A stretch of 64,000 nucleotides of DNA from an uncultured Ignavibacterium sp. (GTDB taxonomy: Bacteria > Bacteroidota > Ignavibacteria > Tepidaquicellales > Tepidaquicellaceae): contig CAYVKY010000001.1 of assembly GCA_964452115.1 (NCBI GenBank), forward strand, positions 5,848 through 69,847, in the 5' to 3' direction. Shown piece by piece: positions 1-9,268 of this stretch (positions within the stretch are counted from its first letter, which is position 1; every line of letters begins with the position of its first letter). The position numbers and the translations under genes were made by a program. The notes beneath the pieces are model-generated. The model was not told the origin of the DNA. It worked only from the letters and a program-made list of their open reading frames with translations, and searched no databases.

Positions 1-62
1 ATACGCAGGAATATAAGCTGTAGATTCCTCATCGAATTTTTTAAAATAAACTTTTACTGCCA

Positions 63-461
63 TTAGTAACTATAATGCGTGGACGATGCTGCTGCGAATA
101 CACCGAGTGCAAGCAAAATTCCTAATACTATTAAACCGATTACAAATAAAATTACACCTACAATACCAAGCCACATGCCGATTGTAGCCATAGTACGGTT
201 TGATTCTGGTGATTGTCCGGCATTGATTTTGGCAATTTCATTTTTCCCGATAATCCAGGCAGGAATTGCTGAAAAAATACCACAGGCAATATATGATAAT
301 ATACCGAAAATTAATGCCAATATTGCGTTAGTGCTTGAACCTTTAGACGGTTGATTGTAACCCTGCGGCGGCTGAGGTGGCTGAGGCGGCTGCTGTGGAG
401 CATTGTAATAACCTTGTCCGCTGTCTTGAGAAAAGAACGTAGAATTTTTCATAGTTTTCAT
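63..461 (-). CDS. Small membrane protein, DUF4190-like, with an N-terminal Pro/Gln-rich tract
   Basis: ORF 63..545. I prefer the start MKTMKN at 461 because the upstream 28 codons are Cys/Phe-rich and AT-rich. A QQPPQPPQPPQGYNQ tract is followed by two long hydrophobic helices (AILALIFGILSYIACGIFSAIPAWIIGK; MWLGIVGVILFVIGLIVLGILLALGVF). Confidence 0.6.
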   Translation of the reverse strand: MKTMKNSTFFSQDSGQGYYNAPQQPPQPPQPPQGYNQPSKGSSTNAILALIFGILSYIACGIFSAIPAWIIGKNEIAKINAGQSPESNRTMATIGMWLGIVGVILFVIGLIVLGILLALGVFAAASSTHYSY

Positions 462-586
462 TTTGTTTTTAAAGTTGTAATATAAATCTATATAATTACA
501 AAAAAAACTACAAAAAAACCAAAAAATTTGGTTTATGCATTTCAAAAAATAACTTCTTTTTGTATGTTATTTTTAAAATTACGAAC

Positions 587-2248
587 ATGAAGATTATCAG
601 ATATATTTTTTTACTTTTTGCGGCAACTTTGGTTCTTTCCTGCGGTAAAGCACCGGACAAAGTATTTATAAACGGAAAAATTTATACTCTCGATTCCAAG
701 AATACCGTTACAGAAGCAATTGCCGTAAAAGATGGGGAAATTGTTGACTTAGGGACGACAAAAGATATTAAGGATAAATATGCATCGGCACTTCAGATTG
801 ACCTCAACGGAGCTTCTGTAGTACCCGGGTTCATTGATTGCGACGGCAATCTGATTGAATTTGCAAAAAATCTTCCGAATATTAACCTGCCGAAATTTAA
901 TTCCCGGCAGGAACTTGACAGCATATTAAAAATATATACAAAGGCATATAATGAAAACATCTGGATAAAAGTGACATATCTCAGTCCCGATGATGCAACC
1001 GTTGACAGCATTTTATCTTTGAGCAAAAATTTTCTGGATAAAATTGATTCTACTCATAATATATATGTGGTTAACAGCACGGATGAAGTTGCTATTTGCA
1101 ATTCAAAAATGCTGAGTACTTTGAGAATTACGGAGAAAACAAAGACGCCTGCAAACGGCGATATAGAAAAAGATGAAAAGACCGGCAAACTTACCGGATT
1201 TTTATTTGATGATGCAACTGACCTGATTAACGAGAGTCTGAGATTATATTCAAAAGATGAAATGCTGATGCTTGTTGAAAAAGCCGTTAATGAGCTGACG
1301 AAATATGGTATTATCGAAGTGCACGACCGCAACGTAAATAAAGAATCAATCGCAATCTTCAGACAGCTTATTGATGCAGATAAATTTCCGGTCAAGATGT
1401 ATGCAGTGCTGAGCAGCGGCGATGAAACGTTCAAAGAATACCTGACCAAAGGTATTGAAGAAAATTATAAAAATAAACTTACAGTACGTGCCGTTTCATT
1501 GGATTATGACGGCGGATTCGGATTTCAGGATGCGGCAATGTTTCGTGAATATCTGAACGAACCGAAAATTAAAATTCCATATAACAGCGACAGGGAAATT
1601 GAAAATACATTAAATGATGCGTGGGATAAAAACTTTCAGGTTGATATTAAAACAGTCGGTGATAAAGCTGTGAATGTAACTCTGTCAACAATTGAGAAAG
1701 TTCTGAAAGAAAAAAATCATTCCGACCATAGAACGATACTGGAATCAATCGAATTTATAAACGGAAATGATTATCAGAAAATATCGTCGTCGAAAGTAAT
1801 TCCGTCCGTAAAACCCGAAACTACGATGGAAGATTCAAAAATCCTTCCGCAGCTTATCAGCGATGATAATCTTAAAAATCTCGGACAGTGGCAGAAATTA
1901 TTTCAGTCAGCAGGACGTATAGTGACGGGTTCTGATTTTCCGTTTCAGCAGATTAGTCCGTTGATTCAGATGTATTATCTGACTATGAGGCAGTTCCCTA
2001 TAGATACAAGCGTGAAGACCCCCGATGCATCTGATACCCAAAGATTGTCTATTATGGATGCTTTAAAATCATATACAACGTATGCAGCGTACTCGGGATT
2101 TGAAGAGAAAATAAGAGGCACTCTTGAAAAAGGAAAAAGAGCGGATTTTGTAGTCCTTTCGGATGATATGCTGAATTTAAATCCTGCTCAACTTATTAAT
2201 GTAAAAATTCTGATGACTGTAATAGCAGGCAACCAATATAAAAATTAA
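587..2248 (+). CDS. Amidohydrolase-3 (YtcJ-like) family lipoprotein with degenerate metal-binding motifs
   Basis: An ATG at 587 gives a lipoprotein signal peptide (MKIIRYIFLLFAATLVLSCGK). The family-typical N-terminus (FINGKIYTLD, AIAVKDGEIVDLG, VVPGFID) and C-terminus (GSDFP, LEKGKRADFVVLSDD) are present. The HxH, Lys and His ligands are replaced (see finding). Confidence 0.7.
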   Translation: MKIIRYIFLLFAATLVLSCGKAPDKVFINGKIYTLDSKNTVTEAIAVKDGEIVDLGTTKDIKDKYASALQIDLNGASVVPGFIDCDGNLIEFAKNLPNINLPKFNSRQELDSILKIYTKAYNENIWIKVTYLSPDDATVDSILSLSKNFLDKIDSTHNIYVVNSTDEVAICNSKMLSTLRITEKTKTPANGDIEKDEKTGKLTGFLFDDATDLINESLRLYSKDEMLMLVEKAVNELTKYGIIEVHDRNVNKESIAIFRQLIDADKFPVKMYAVLSSGDETFKEYLTKGIEENYKNKLTVRAVSLDYDGGFGFQDAAMFREYLNEPKIKIPYNSDREIENTLNDAWDKNFQVDIKTVGDKAVNVTLSTIEKVLKEKNHSDHRTILESIEFINGNDYQKISSSKVIPSVKPETTMEDSKILPQLISDDNLKNLGQWQKLFQSAGRIVTGSDFPFQQISPLIQMYYLTMRQFPIDTSVKTPDASDTQRLSIMDALKSYTTYAAYSGFEEKIRGTLEKGKRADFVVLSDDMLNLNPAQLINVKILMTVIAGNQYKN

Positions 2249-2250
2249 AA

Positions 2251-3150
2251 TTGGCAGAAACGACTTTAACAAAATTACTTGATATACTTCAGTATTCGAC
2301 AGAACTATTGAAGTCGAAAAATATTGACAATGCGCGTCTGAACGTGGAACTTATGCTTTGTGATACACTGAAATGCGACAGGGTTAAGCTTTATCTTGAC
2401 TTTGAAAAACCGCTTACAAAAGAAGAAAGAGATTCATTCAAAATTAAACTTCTGCGGAGGATAAACGGCGAGCCGCTTCAGTACATTCTGGGATATACGG
2501 ATTTTTGCGATGTGAAAATATTTCTAAATAAAGACGTGCTTATTCCCAGACCTGAAACCGAAGAACTCGTTGTTAAAATCCTTGATGAAATAATTAAAAG
2601 AACAACGGAGAAATTTAAAATATACGAGGCGGCAACAGGCAGCGGCTGCATAAGCATTGCGCTGGGTAAGGCACTTGAAAAAGCAGGTTTGGATTATGAA
2701 ATAACTGCGAGTGATATAAGCAGCGAAGCGATTAAAACGGCAAAGTATAATGCAGAATATAATAAAGTCCGGAACATCAAATTTGAAAATCAGGACTTTC
2801 TTGAGTTGAATAATATAGATAAAGAGTATAATGTTTTTGTTATGAATCCGCCGTATGTTTCAAAAGATGAAGTGCAGTCGCTTGACCATGTAATACTGGA
2901 TTGGGAGCCCTTAAATGCCGTAACGGATTATGAAGACGGATTAAAATTTTATAAGAAAATGTTTGATATGATGAAAAACCGCAATCTTAATGCGGAATTT
3001 ATATTTTGTGAGATTGGATATAATCAGAAAGAAAAGTTACAATCATTGATGGAGTCATACAGAATCGGCGGCTATGAATTTTTCAAAGACCTTTCGGGAA
3101 ATGACAGAATTTTATTTATAAAAAATGAAAGCGGTAATACAGCGGGTTAA
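2251..3150 (+). CDS. prmC: Peptide chain release factor N5-glutamine methyltransferase
   Basis: TTG start. Contains the SAM-binding motif EAATGSGCISIAL, the catalytic NPPY motif (VFVMNPPYVS) and GEPLQYILG, which is typical of HemK/PrmC. Confidence 0.9.
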   Translation: MAETTLTKLLDILQYSTELLKSKNIDNARLNVELMLCDTLKCDRVKLYLDFEKPLTKEERDSFKIKLLRRINGEPLQYILGYTDFCDVKIFLNKDVLIPRPETEELVVKILDEIIKRTTEKFKIYEAATGSGCISIALGKALEKAGLDYEITASDISSEAIKTAKYNAEYNKVRNIKFENQDFLELNNIDKEYNVFVMNPPYVSKDEVQSLDHVILDWEPLNAVTDYEDGLKFYKKMFDMMKNRNLNAEFIFCEIGYNQKEKLQSLMESYRIGGYEFFKDLSGNDRILFIKNESGNTAG

Positions 3151-3586
3151 ATCGGCAAAGTTAATTATCGGAGGAAAAGTTTATTCCGAAATCAAACAGG
3201 GATTGCTTGTTCTTCTCGGCATTATGAAAAATGATACTTTCGCCAGCGCTGAATTTCTGGCAAAAAAAATTACAGACCTGAGAATATTCAGCGATGATGA
3301 TGACAAAATGAATTTATCAGTAAAGGATATTGACGGCGAAATTATGGTTGTATCACAATTTACACTTTGTACAGATGACAAAAAAAGCGGCAACAGACCA
3401 AGTTTCTTTATGGCTGAGCAGCCGGACAGGGCAAAAATTATATATGAAGAATTTATTGGAATGTGCGGCGGCTATTATAACAGAAAAAAAATAAGACAGG
3501 GAGTATTTGCGGCGATGATGGAGATATCGCTTGTAAATGACGGACCTGTGACCATAATTCTTGAAAAGAAAAATGAAGAAACCTAA
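3125..3586 (+). CDS. dtd: D-aminoacyl-tRNA deacylase
   Basis: N-terminus MKAVIQRV, SQFTL motif, C-terminal NDGPVTI motif, about 150 aa. Overlaps the prmC 3' end by 26 nt. Confidence 0.93.
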   Translation: MKAVIQRVKSAKLIIGGKVYSEIKQGLLVLLGIMKNDTFASAEFLAKKITDLRIFSDDDDKMNLSVKDIDGEIMVVSQFTLCTDDKKSGNRPSFFMAEQPDRAKIIYEEFIGMCGGYYNRKKIRQGVFAAMMEISLVNDGPVTIILEKKNEET

Positions 3587-4406
3587 AATCACATTAATCG
3601 GATACGGAAGGCTCGGTTCTTATCTTGCTGCGGAATTAATCCGCAAAAAAGCCGGACTGAAATATATCGTCTCGCACAATGTAAAAGATAGTGGTTTGTT
3701 CAGAAAAAAACTTACAAAACCGGTTTTAACGGACAGCGATGTTATTATAATTTGTGTTCAGGATAAAAACATATCCGAAACGGCATCTCAAATAGCAAAG
3801 TTAAAGGTTCCGCTGAAAGGTAAAATAATTTTCCATACAAGCGGACTTAAATCGAGCAGCGCGCTTGAAAAGCTGGATGGTGCATACACCGGCTCGTTCC
3901 ATCCTGCGCAGGCATTTCCTTCCGGTACAAAAAATAAGAAATTATTTGAAGGAATTTATATTGCACTTGAAGGCAGCAGCAAATTTATTACATTTGCAAA
4001 AAATCTTGTTAAAATGATGAATGCAAAAAGTTTTATTATCAGGTGCGACCAAAAGATTATTTATCATTTATTGTGCGTTTTTGCTTCGAATTATGTGCTA
4101 GCATATTTTGCATTATTGAATAAACTGGCAACCGAAGCTTCGCTACCCGGTAACTGGTTTGAAATCATTCATCCGCTGCTTGAAAAAACATTAAAAGATG
4201 CGGGCGGCTATTCCTGCAAATCACTAACGGGACCCATAACGAGATTTGATACAGACACACTTAAAGAACATCTCAATGCAATTAAAGAGGATAAATTAAT
4301 TTCAGGTTTATACAAAGTACTCGGAAATGCCGCTTCTGAAATATCATTTCAAAACGGCGATATTACAAAGCAGCAATTACAAAAATTAAAACGAATTTTA
4401 GAATGA
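3561..4406 (+). CDS. Rossmann-fold oxidoreductase-like protein (DUF2520-type)
   Basis: N-terminal GxGxxG (ITLIGYGRLGSYLA), about 280 aa, helical C-terminal half with the TGPITRFD motif seen in DUF2520 proteins. The start could be the downstream MKKPK. Confidence 0.55.
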   Translation: MKRKMKKPKITLIGYGRLGSYLAAELIRKKAGLKYIVSHNVKDSGLFRKKLTKPVLTDSDVIIICVQDKNISETASQIAKLKVPLKGKIIFHTSGLKSSSALEKLDGAYTGSFHPAQAFPSGTKNKKLFEGIYIALEGSSKFITFAKNLVKMMNAKSFIIRCDQKIIYHLLCVFASNYVLAYFALLNKLATEASLPGNWFEIIHPLLEKTLKDAGGYSCKSLTGPITRFDTDTLKEHLNAIKEDKLISGLYKVLGNAASEISFQNGDITKQQLQKLKRILE

Positions 4407-5044
4407 TATTTAAAAAATTATATTTAGTTGTCCTGATAATTCTTGTATCCGGTCTGCAATTATCTGCGCAGGATTCAACTAATGTACAGAACATTCCAAA
4501 AGACACATTAACCAGAAAACTTGTTTCCGACAATCCAAAGCCGGGCGGCATTTTTGCAGCGCCGCTTTTCGGACTTTCAATTCCAATCCAAAAATTAAAT
4601 TTGAATTCCACATCAGCAATTAACTTCGGCATCCGTATTGAGTATGCGTCAATTCATATTTATCCCGTAGTTATCGGAATATCAGTTCAGACACAGAATT
4701 TTAAGGGCAGCGATAATTTTAAAACAATGAATCTTTTGGATGATTTCCAGACGAAAGTGACCTCTTTCGGATTAGGTGCGGATATTCTTCTGAATAAATA
4801 TCTGAAGACAAGTTTTACATTGCCGTTTTTGACTATAGAAGGGAAGTATATTACGGTTAAAAGAATTATACTGCCTGATAAAACCGTACCTGAAATAAAA
4901 CCCGATGATTCTTTGCTTGGATTTTCAATGGGGCTGGGTTTTACTCTTTACATATTTGATGTTTACGGGAATTATACTTTTGCCAAAGATTACTCAAATG
5001 CAGCACTTCAATTGAGATTCCATATACCTGTACTGAAATTCTAA
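4403..5044 (+). CDS. Hypothetical secreted protein, probable small outer-membrane beta-barrel
   Basis: Signal peptide (LVVLIILVSGLQLSAQ), alternating hydrophobic beta-strand pattern, aromatic C-terminal residue (VLKF). ATGA overlap with the upstream gene. Confidence 0.5.
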   Translation: MIFKKLYLVVLIILVSGLQLSAQDSTNVQNIPKDTLTRKLVSDNPKPGGIFAAPLFGLSIPIQKLNLNSTSAINFGIRIEYASIHIYPVVIGISVQTQNFKGSDNFKTMNLLDDFQTKVTSFGLGADILLNKYLKTSFTLPFLTIEGKYITVKRIILPDKTVPEIKPDDSLLGFSMGLGFTLYIFDVYGNYTFAKDYSNAALQLRFHIPVLKF

Positions 5045-6144
5045 AGCTTTCTTTCTTTCCAATTGATTTCTTTTCCTGTTATAAAGGTAAACGGAAGCAG
5101 CAAGCCGTAAATCATGAAATAAATTTCAAACAGAATAAAATTCCATAGAATATTTTTCATTTTAAATTTTTCCGCAACGGGATAAATTATTATCCAGTCT
5201 GATATAAATTTAAGAGCAATCATCAGTAAATATATTCCGGTGGGTGCAATAATAAATCCCGTCAATAAAAATAAATTAATTACATACATCAGAAATCCGG
5301 ATATATATCCGAGTGAATTTATTTTTAATCCTCCTCTGAACCATCTTTTCTTCTGGCGTGTAAGTTCGTGTATATCTTTGCAAGGCAGCGTAGCAGCGTA
5401 ATCTCCCGGTGTGAGCGGATAAAGTATTCTTCCTTTGTTCTGTTTTTGCACAGACTGCATAAGCGAGAGGTCTTCCGTTACCGAGTATCTGATTCCCGGA
5501 TATCCGCCCGTTTCAGAATACGCTTTACGTGATATCGAAAGATTATTACCAATACAGCTCATTTGCATGTTAATTCCCGATGAAGCGGAGGCTAGCCCCT
5601 GCAGATACATCCAGTCTAAAGATTGGAGTTTTCCGAACAGATTAAATGGAATTATCATAGTAAACCCGCAGATCATCGGGGTATCGGGTGAGTAATACTT
5701 TGCATAATGCCTAAGCCAGTTTTTATTTACAGTACAGTCTGCATCCGTCATTAAAATCAGTTCGCCTTTCGAAACTGAAATTCCCGAATTTAAAGCGTTA
5801 ATTTTACCTTTCAGCTTCTCATTGTGATGTTCGTCAGAATCAATTACACGGAAATTGTTTCTGCCCTGAATTGACTTTTCAATAATCTCTCTTGTATTGT
5901 CAGTTGACCTGTCATTTACGAAAATTACTTCAAATTTATCGGAGGGATAGTTTACTGCTTTGAGTGAATTCAGACATCGTGCGATATTGTCAGATTCATT
6001 TCTTGCAGCAACTATTACAGAAATAAAAGGGAATGATTTCTCATTCCCTTTTAAATTCATTGAAATTTTTAACCCTTTGTAAAGATACAGATGCAGTGCA
6101 AAATAAAGCAGTGCTATGATAATAAATAAAATTGTTATTATCAT
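5041..6144 (-). CDS. Family 2 glycosyltransferase, membrane-anchored
   Basis: N-terminal TM helix, then ISVIVAARNE and VNDRSTD. DxD-like MTDADC, QKKRWFRG (QxxRW-like) motif, and C-terminal TM helices, as in processive GT2 enzymes. Confidence 0.8.
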   Translation of the reverse strand: MIITILFIIIALLYFALHLYLYKGLKISMNLKGNEKSFPFISVIVAARNESDNIARCLNSLKAVNYPSDKFEVIFVNDRSTDNTREIIEKSIQGRNNFRVIDSDEHHNEKLKGKINALNSGISVSKGELILMTDADCTVNKNWLRHYAKYYSPDTPMICGFTMIIPFNLFGKLQSLDWMYLQGLASASSGINMQMSCIGNNLSISRKAYSETGGYPGIRYSVTEDLSLMQSVQKQNKGRILYPLTPGDYAATLPCKDIHELTRQKKRWFRGGLKINSLGYISGFLMYVINLFLLTGFIIAPTGIYLLMIALKFISDWIIIYPVAEKFKMKNILWNFILFEIYFMIYGLLLPFTFITGKEINWKERKL

Positions 6145-6150
6145 GTTAAA

Positions 6151-9100
6151 TTATTTTACTACTGCAATTTTTATTACGCGTTTTTCCGAACTACCGTCTA
6201 TTGTAGATTCAATTATTCCGTAGTAAACGCCGCTCTGTACGCTTGATACATCCCATACAACTTCATTGTCCATATTTGAATATGAAGTGCCGTTGAGTTT
6301 CGTTATAAGATTTCCCGCGAGGTCAACTATCTTGACGGTTGTGCCTGAACCGCTGCCATTTATATAATAGCGGATATAGGTTTTTGAATCATAAACCGGA
6401 TTTGGCCAGTTGTATGCTCTGTCTTTCGGAAGTTTTTCGGAATATACAACCGGTGTGGATGTTATTCCGTAAAAATTATTATTCGAAAAATATTTATCGT
6501 TATTAATATTCTTCCAGAGAATATTTTGCGGTGTATATTGATATAATGTTTTATAAGCATATAAATAACCGTCTTTGCCGTACACAGCAAAGGCAAGCGT
6601 GTCGTGATAGTTGAAGAATGCCGGCGATGAGTTAACAGCCGCACCTGTTTTAAAAGGAAATCCGTCAACTATTTTCCCGTTCGTTCCGTACGCATAAACA
6701 TCGCCTAAAGAATTAACTACTAGTATATCCATCACACCGTCGCTGTTGATATCTGCAGCCACGGGTATGGAAACAATTCCTGATGGAACGGTGAGCGGGA
6801 AATTATCCAGCATCACTCCGCTGCTGTTCACTGCAAAAAGCTTTCCTTCTGCAACGAATATCACTTCCTGATGATTATCTTTATTGACGTCGGCAAGAAT
6901 TATCCTGTTATCAATTTTTCCGAATTTATAATTGTCAGCAAATTTTCCTCCGCCGTATAATATTTCCGAAGCGGAATATTTTACATTAAAATCATTATCG
7001 CGGATATTACCATCAACAGCATAATAATCGCCTGCACCGAATGTAAATGAATTCTGCGGGCGTTTTGACAGCGAATTAACAGGTAAAGATGTTGAATCCA
7101 TTTTGTATAAGATTAATGCATTCAGGTCTTTCCTCATTACGTTTCCGCTGTTAAATCCTAAAATTAAATTTAATGAATCCATTACCAGCGGGTAAGAAGA
7201 AATTGATGATGCGAAGTAATCGAAAGAAGAATCAATCATCTGAAATGCGTTATTAAACCCGAAGTATCCGACCTTTGAAGATGAAGCACTATTTGAAATA
7301 CCGATAAGTCTCACGGAATTTAAAGCCGTAATATATGCGATTGAAGGGGGATATGAACCGCAGGAATGTACAAGGATTCCGTCAGTTCCGTTAAGCGGCT
7401 GTCCGTCGGTGCTGAAACCGTAAATATCTTTTCCGTTGTTTGCAAAAATTTCATCTTTTCCGTCATTGTTGAGGTCAAATGCAATCGGTGCAGAATTGAA
7501 TTCGAGCGGTGTGCCTATGTATTTCGGATATCCAGCAATAGGTTTAATCTGATTGCCGACCCGGATATGAAAATTCATCACAGATTTTGTGCTGTCGAAT
7601 TCCGTTATATAAATATTGTTATTCACGAGCGAATAGCTCAGAGAATTCGGCATTGATGTAGGTGTAAATTCGTTTTTATAAACTGTAGATGGAACGTAAT
7701 GATAACCATTGTACCAGTAATCATATGGAGTACCTTCGCCTGTTTCCAAACCGAAAGCAGTACTTACGGTCACTCCGATAAGCTGCGCACCTTTTGCTTC
7801 CACCACGCAAACGCCGCGGTGGGAAAGATTATTATTGATAGTATTCGAAGATATATTGGCTTCAATCACATTTTCATCAATATGCCAGATTAAAATGCCT
7901 CCTCTGTAATAAGTAGAATCCGTAATGTCGCCGGGAAGGCTCCAGTCAAAGTTTGAAACATCATACAGATTGCCGTGCAAATTTGTAATGTCGTAACTTA
8001 TAAAACCTGCGATATCTTTTGTATATGAAACGGAGTCTTTGAAAATTCTGTTCCTCATATACATTTTCACGCCGTTATTAAACGGTGTTCTGTTTCTGTT
8101 TTCAATCAGAAAATATTCTTTCGAATTTATGAGTACTTTAAAAATTGTTGAATCCTGTTCAGCGGGCAGTGATGATGTTTTCAGTTTATAATAAAAGTCA
8201 CCTGCGGAAATTGTAACCGGCGTAACCCAGCCGAGATATATTTTTTCCCACGCTGACGGTTCGGGCGGAAATGTGCCGTTATAGCTGAATATAGACTGCC
8301 CGTCCATCAGTCCGAATCTGCCGATTGCCGTTTTACCTGTTTGAGTATTGAATAAATCCGGCAGTCCGAGATAACTTCCGAAACTTCCTGTAAGAATTCC
8401 GTTCATTCCCAGTGTTAGCAGCACTTTACCTGAAAGCGCATCTACTTCGCGAAGTTCGGTGCTTGGAATAATCAGCGAGTTTTGTATGTAAAGTCCGCTT
8501 TGAGTCTGAATGCCGTTGAAGTTTTGTCCGAAAAATTCCTTCAGTGTATTGAGTCCCAGATATACGGAAGGGATATCATAAGGAGTTGGGTCGTAACCCA
8601 GCACTGATGCGAGGTCTATATCCTTGCCTGAGCCGGCATGAAAAATCACAAATGCAGTTTTAGCCGGGTCAAATCCGTTGAAGTGATATAAACTGTCTGC
8701 CTTAGCCCATGCTTCACGGTACAACTGTCCTGCTTTTAAAAAGTTTTCATTTTTCTGCGGAGAATATTCTTTCATCTCTTTTGACATCGTGAATACATTT
8801 CCGAGCATTGTGTAATTCAGAACACATTTTCCCTTTGAGGATTTGTAATAATAATTTCTAAGAAATTCCAGATGGTCGGCAAAATATGCACTGTCATAAG
8901 GAGGGGAGTCAATCACCGTATCTCTTTGCAGCGAAGGGTTATAATATTTATTTGAAAGGTCGAACCTGCCGTCGCCTGTTGTAAGCGAGGATGAATCTTT
9001 CTGGAATTGCACCATAATTGCAATTACCCTTATTGTATCAGCAAATGTTTTATGCTGCTTAACAGAATAATCTTTGCTCAAATTCAACGGATGAGATAAC

Positions 9101-9186
9101 TGACCTGAAAATTTGTTTTGACCGATTGAATATGAAACTGTCAGTCCGAAAATAAAAACCGCTAATAATATTTTAAAATACTTCAT
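6151..9186 (-). CDS. Large T9SS cargo protein: M6 (immune inhibitor A)-like domain lacking HEXXH, FG-GAP/VCBS repeats and a T9SS C-terminal sorting domain
   Basis: Signal peptide. M6-domain-like blocks (VIAIMVQF, FVIFHAGSGKD, GSFGSYLGLPDLF, GRFGLMDGQS, EKIYLGWVTP). Three DxNxDG FG-GAP motifs (FDLNNDGKDEIF, ADVNKDNHQEVIF, ADINSDGVMDILV). CTD (NWPNPVYDSKTYIRYY...SGVYYGIIES...IKIAVVK). Confidence 0.75.
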   Translation of the reverse strand: MKYFKILLAVFIFGLTVSYSIGQNKFSGQLSHPLNLSKDYSVKQHKTFADTIRVIAIMVQFQKDSSSLTTGDGRFDLSNKYYNPSLQRDTVIDSPPYDSAYFADHLEFLRNYYYKSSKGKCVLNYTMLGNVFTMSKEMKEYSPQKNENFLKAGQLYREAWAKADSLYHFNGFDPAKTAFVIFHAGSGKDIDLASVLGYDPTPYDIPSVYLGLNTLKEFFGQNFNGIQTQSGLYIQNSLIIPSTELREVDALSGKVLLTLGMNGILTGSFGSYLGLPDLFNTQTGKTAIGRFGLMDGQSIFSYNGTFPPEPSAWEKIYLGWVTPVTISAGDFYYKLKTSSLPAEQDSTIFKVLINSKEYFLIENRNRTPFNNGVKMYMRNRIFKDSVSYTKDIAGFISYDITNLHGNLYDVSNFDWSLPGDITDSTYYRGGILIWHIDENVIEANISSNTINNNLSHRGVCVVEAKGAQLIGVTVSTAFGLETGEGTPYDYWYNGYHYVPSTVYKNEFTPTSMPNSLSYSLVNNNIYITEFDSTKSVMNFHIRVGNQIKPIAGYPKYIGTPLEFNSAPIAFDLNNDGKDEIFANNGKDIYGFSTDGQPLNGTDGILVHSCGSYPPSIAYITALNSVRLIGISNSASSSKVGYFGFNNAFQMIDSSFDYFASSISSYPLVMDSLNLILGFNSGNVMRKDLNALILYKMDSTSLPVNSLSKRPQNSFTFGAGDYYAVDGNIRDNDFNVKYSASEILYGGGKFADNYKFGKIDNRIILADVNKDNHQEVIFVAEGKLFAVNSSGVMLDNFPLTVPSGIVSIPVAADINSDGVMDILVVNSLGDVYAYGTNGKIVDGFPFKTGAAVNSSPAFFNYHDTLAFAVYGKDGYLYAYKTLYQYTPQNILWKNINNDKYFSNNNFYGITSTPVVYSEKLPKDRAYNWPNPVYDSKTYIRYYINGSGSGTTVKIVDLAGNLITKLNGTSYSNMDNEVVWDVSSVQSGVYYGIIESTIDGSSEKRVIKIAVVK

Positions 9187-9206
9187 ATATCCAGATTTTT
9201 AAGCTA

Positions 9207-9242
9207 TAAAAAAAACAGAGCCATCATAATTAATGATGGCTC
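9207..9242 (-). terminator. Rho-independent terminator downstream of porV
   Basis: A 10-bp perfect stem (GAGCCATCAT / ATGATGGCTC, 9218-9242) is followed on the minus strand by a U-tract (plus-strand A-run 9207-9215). Confidence 0.7.
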
Positions 9243-9268
9243 GTTAATATCAAATAAATTTTCAAAAG

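Noticed and set aside
1-63. The possible 5' end of a minus-strand gene (MAVKVYFKKFDEESTAYIPAY...) whose ATG overlaps the upstream stop (TAATG).
   Set aside because: Only 21 codons are visible and there is no recognisable motif. It is plausible but cannot be supported from this window.
355-400. A short GC-rich repetitive DNA stretch (ggcggctgaggtggctgaggcggctgctg) in otherwise AT-rich sequence.
   Set aside because: It is the reverse complement of the in-frame PQPPQPPQPPQ low-complexity tract of the DUF4190-like protein. It is not a CRISPR, REP or regulatory repeat.
3125-3150. Three gene pairs overlap by exactly 26 nt (prmC/dtd, dtd/next gene at 3561..3586, REC-PPDK_N/zinc-ribbon at 40127..40152). 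I considered a programmed frameshift or split-gene signal.
   Set aside because: The dtd start is fixed by the conserved MKAVIQRV N-terminus. The other two pairs have alternative downstream starts. There are no slippery heptamers, and each product is a complete, independent family member. It is most likely coincidence in a compact genome.
5041-5044. Convergent genes (4403..5044 plus strand and 5041..6144 minus strand) with overlapping stop codons and no terminator.
   Set aside because: It is real in the sequence but is a common compaction feature. No structure or motif suggests a specific function.
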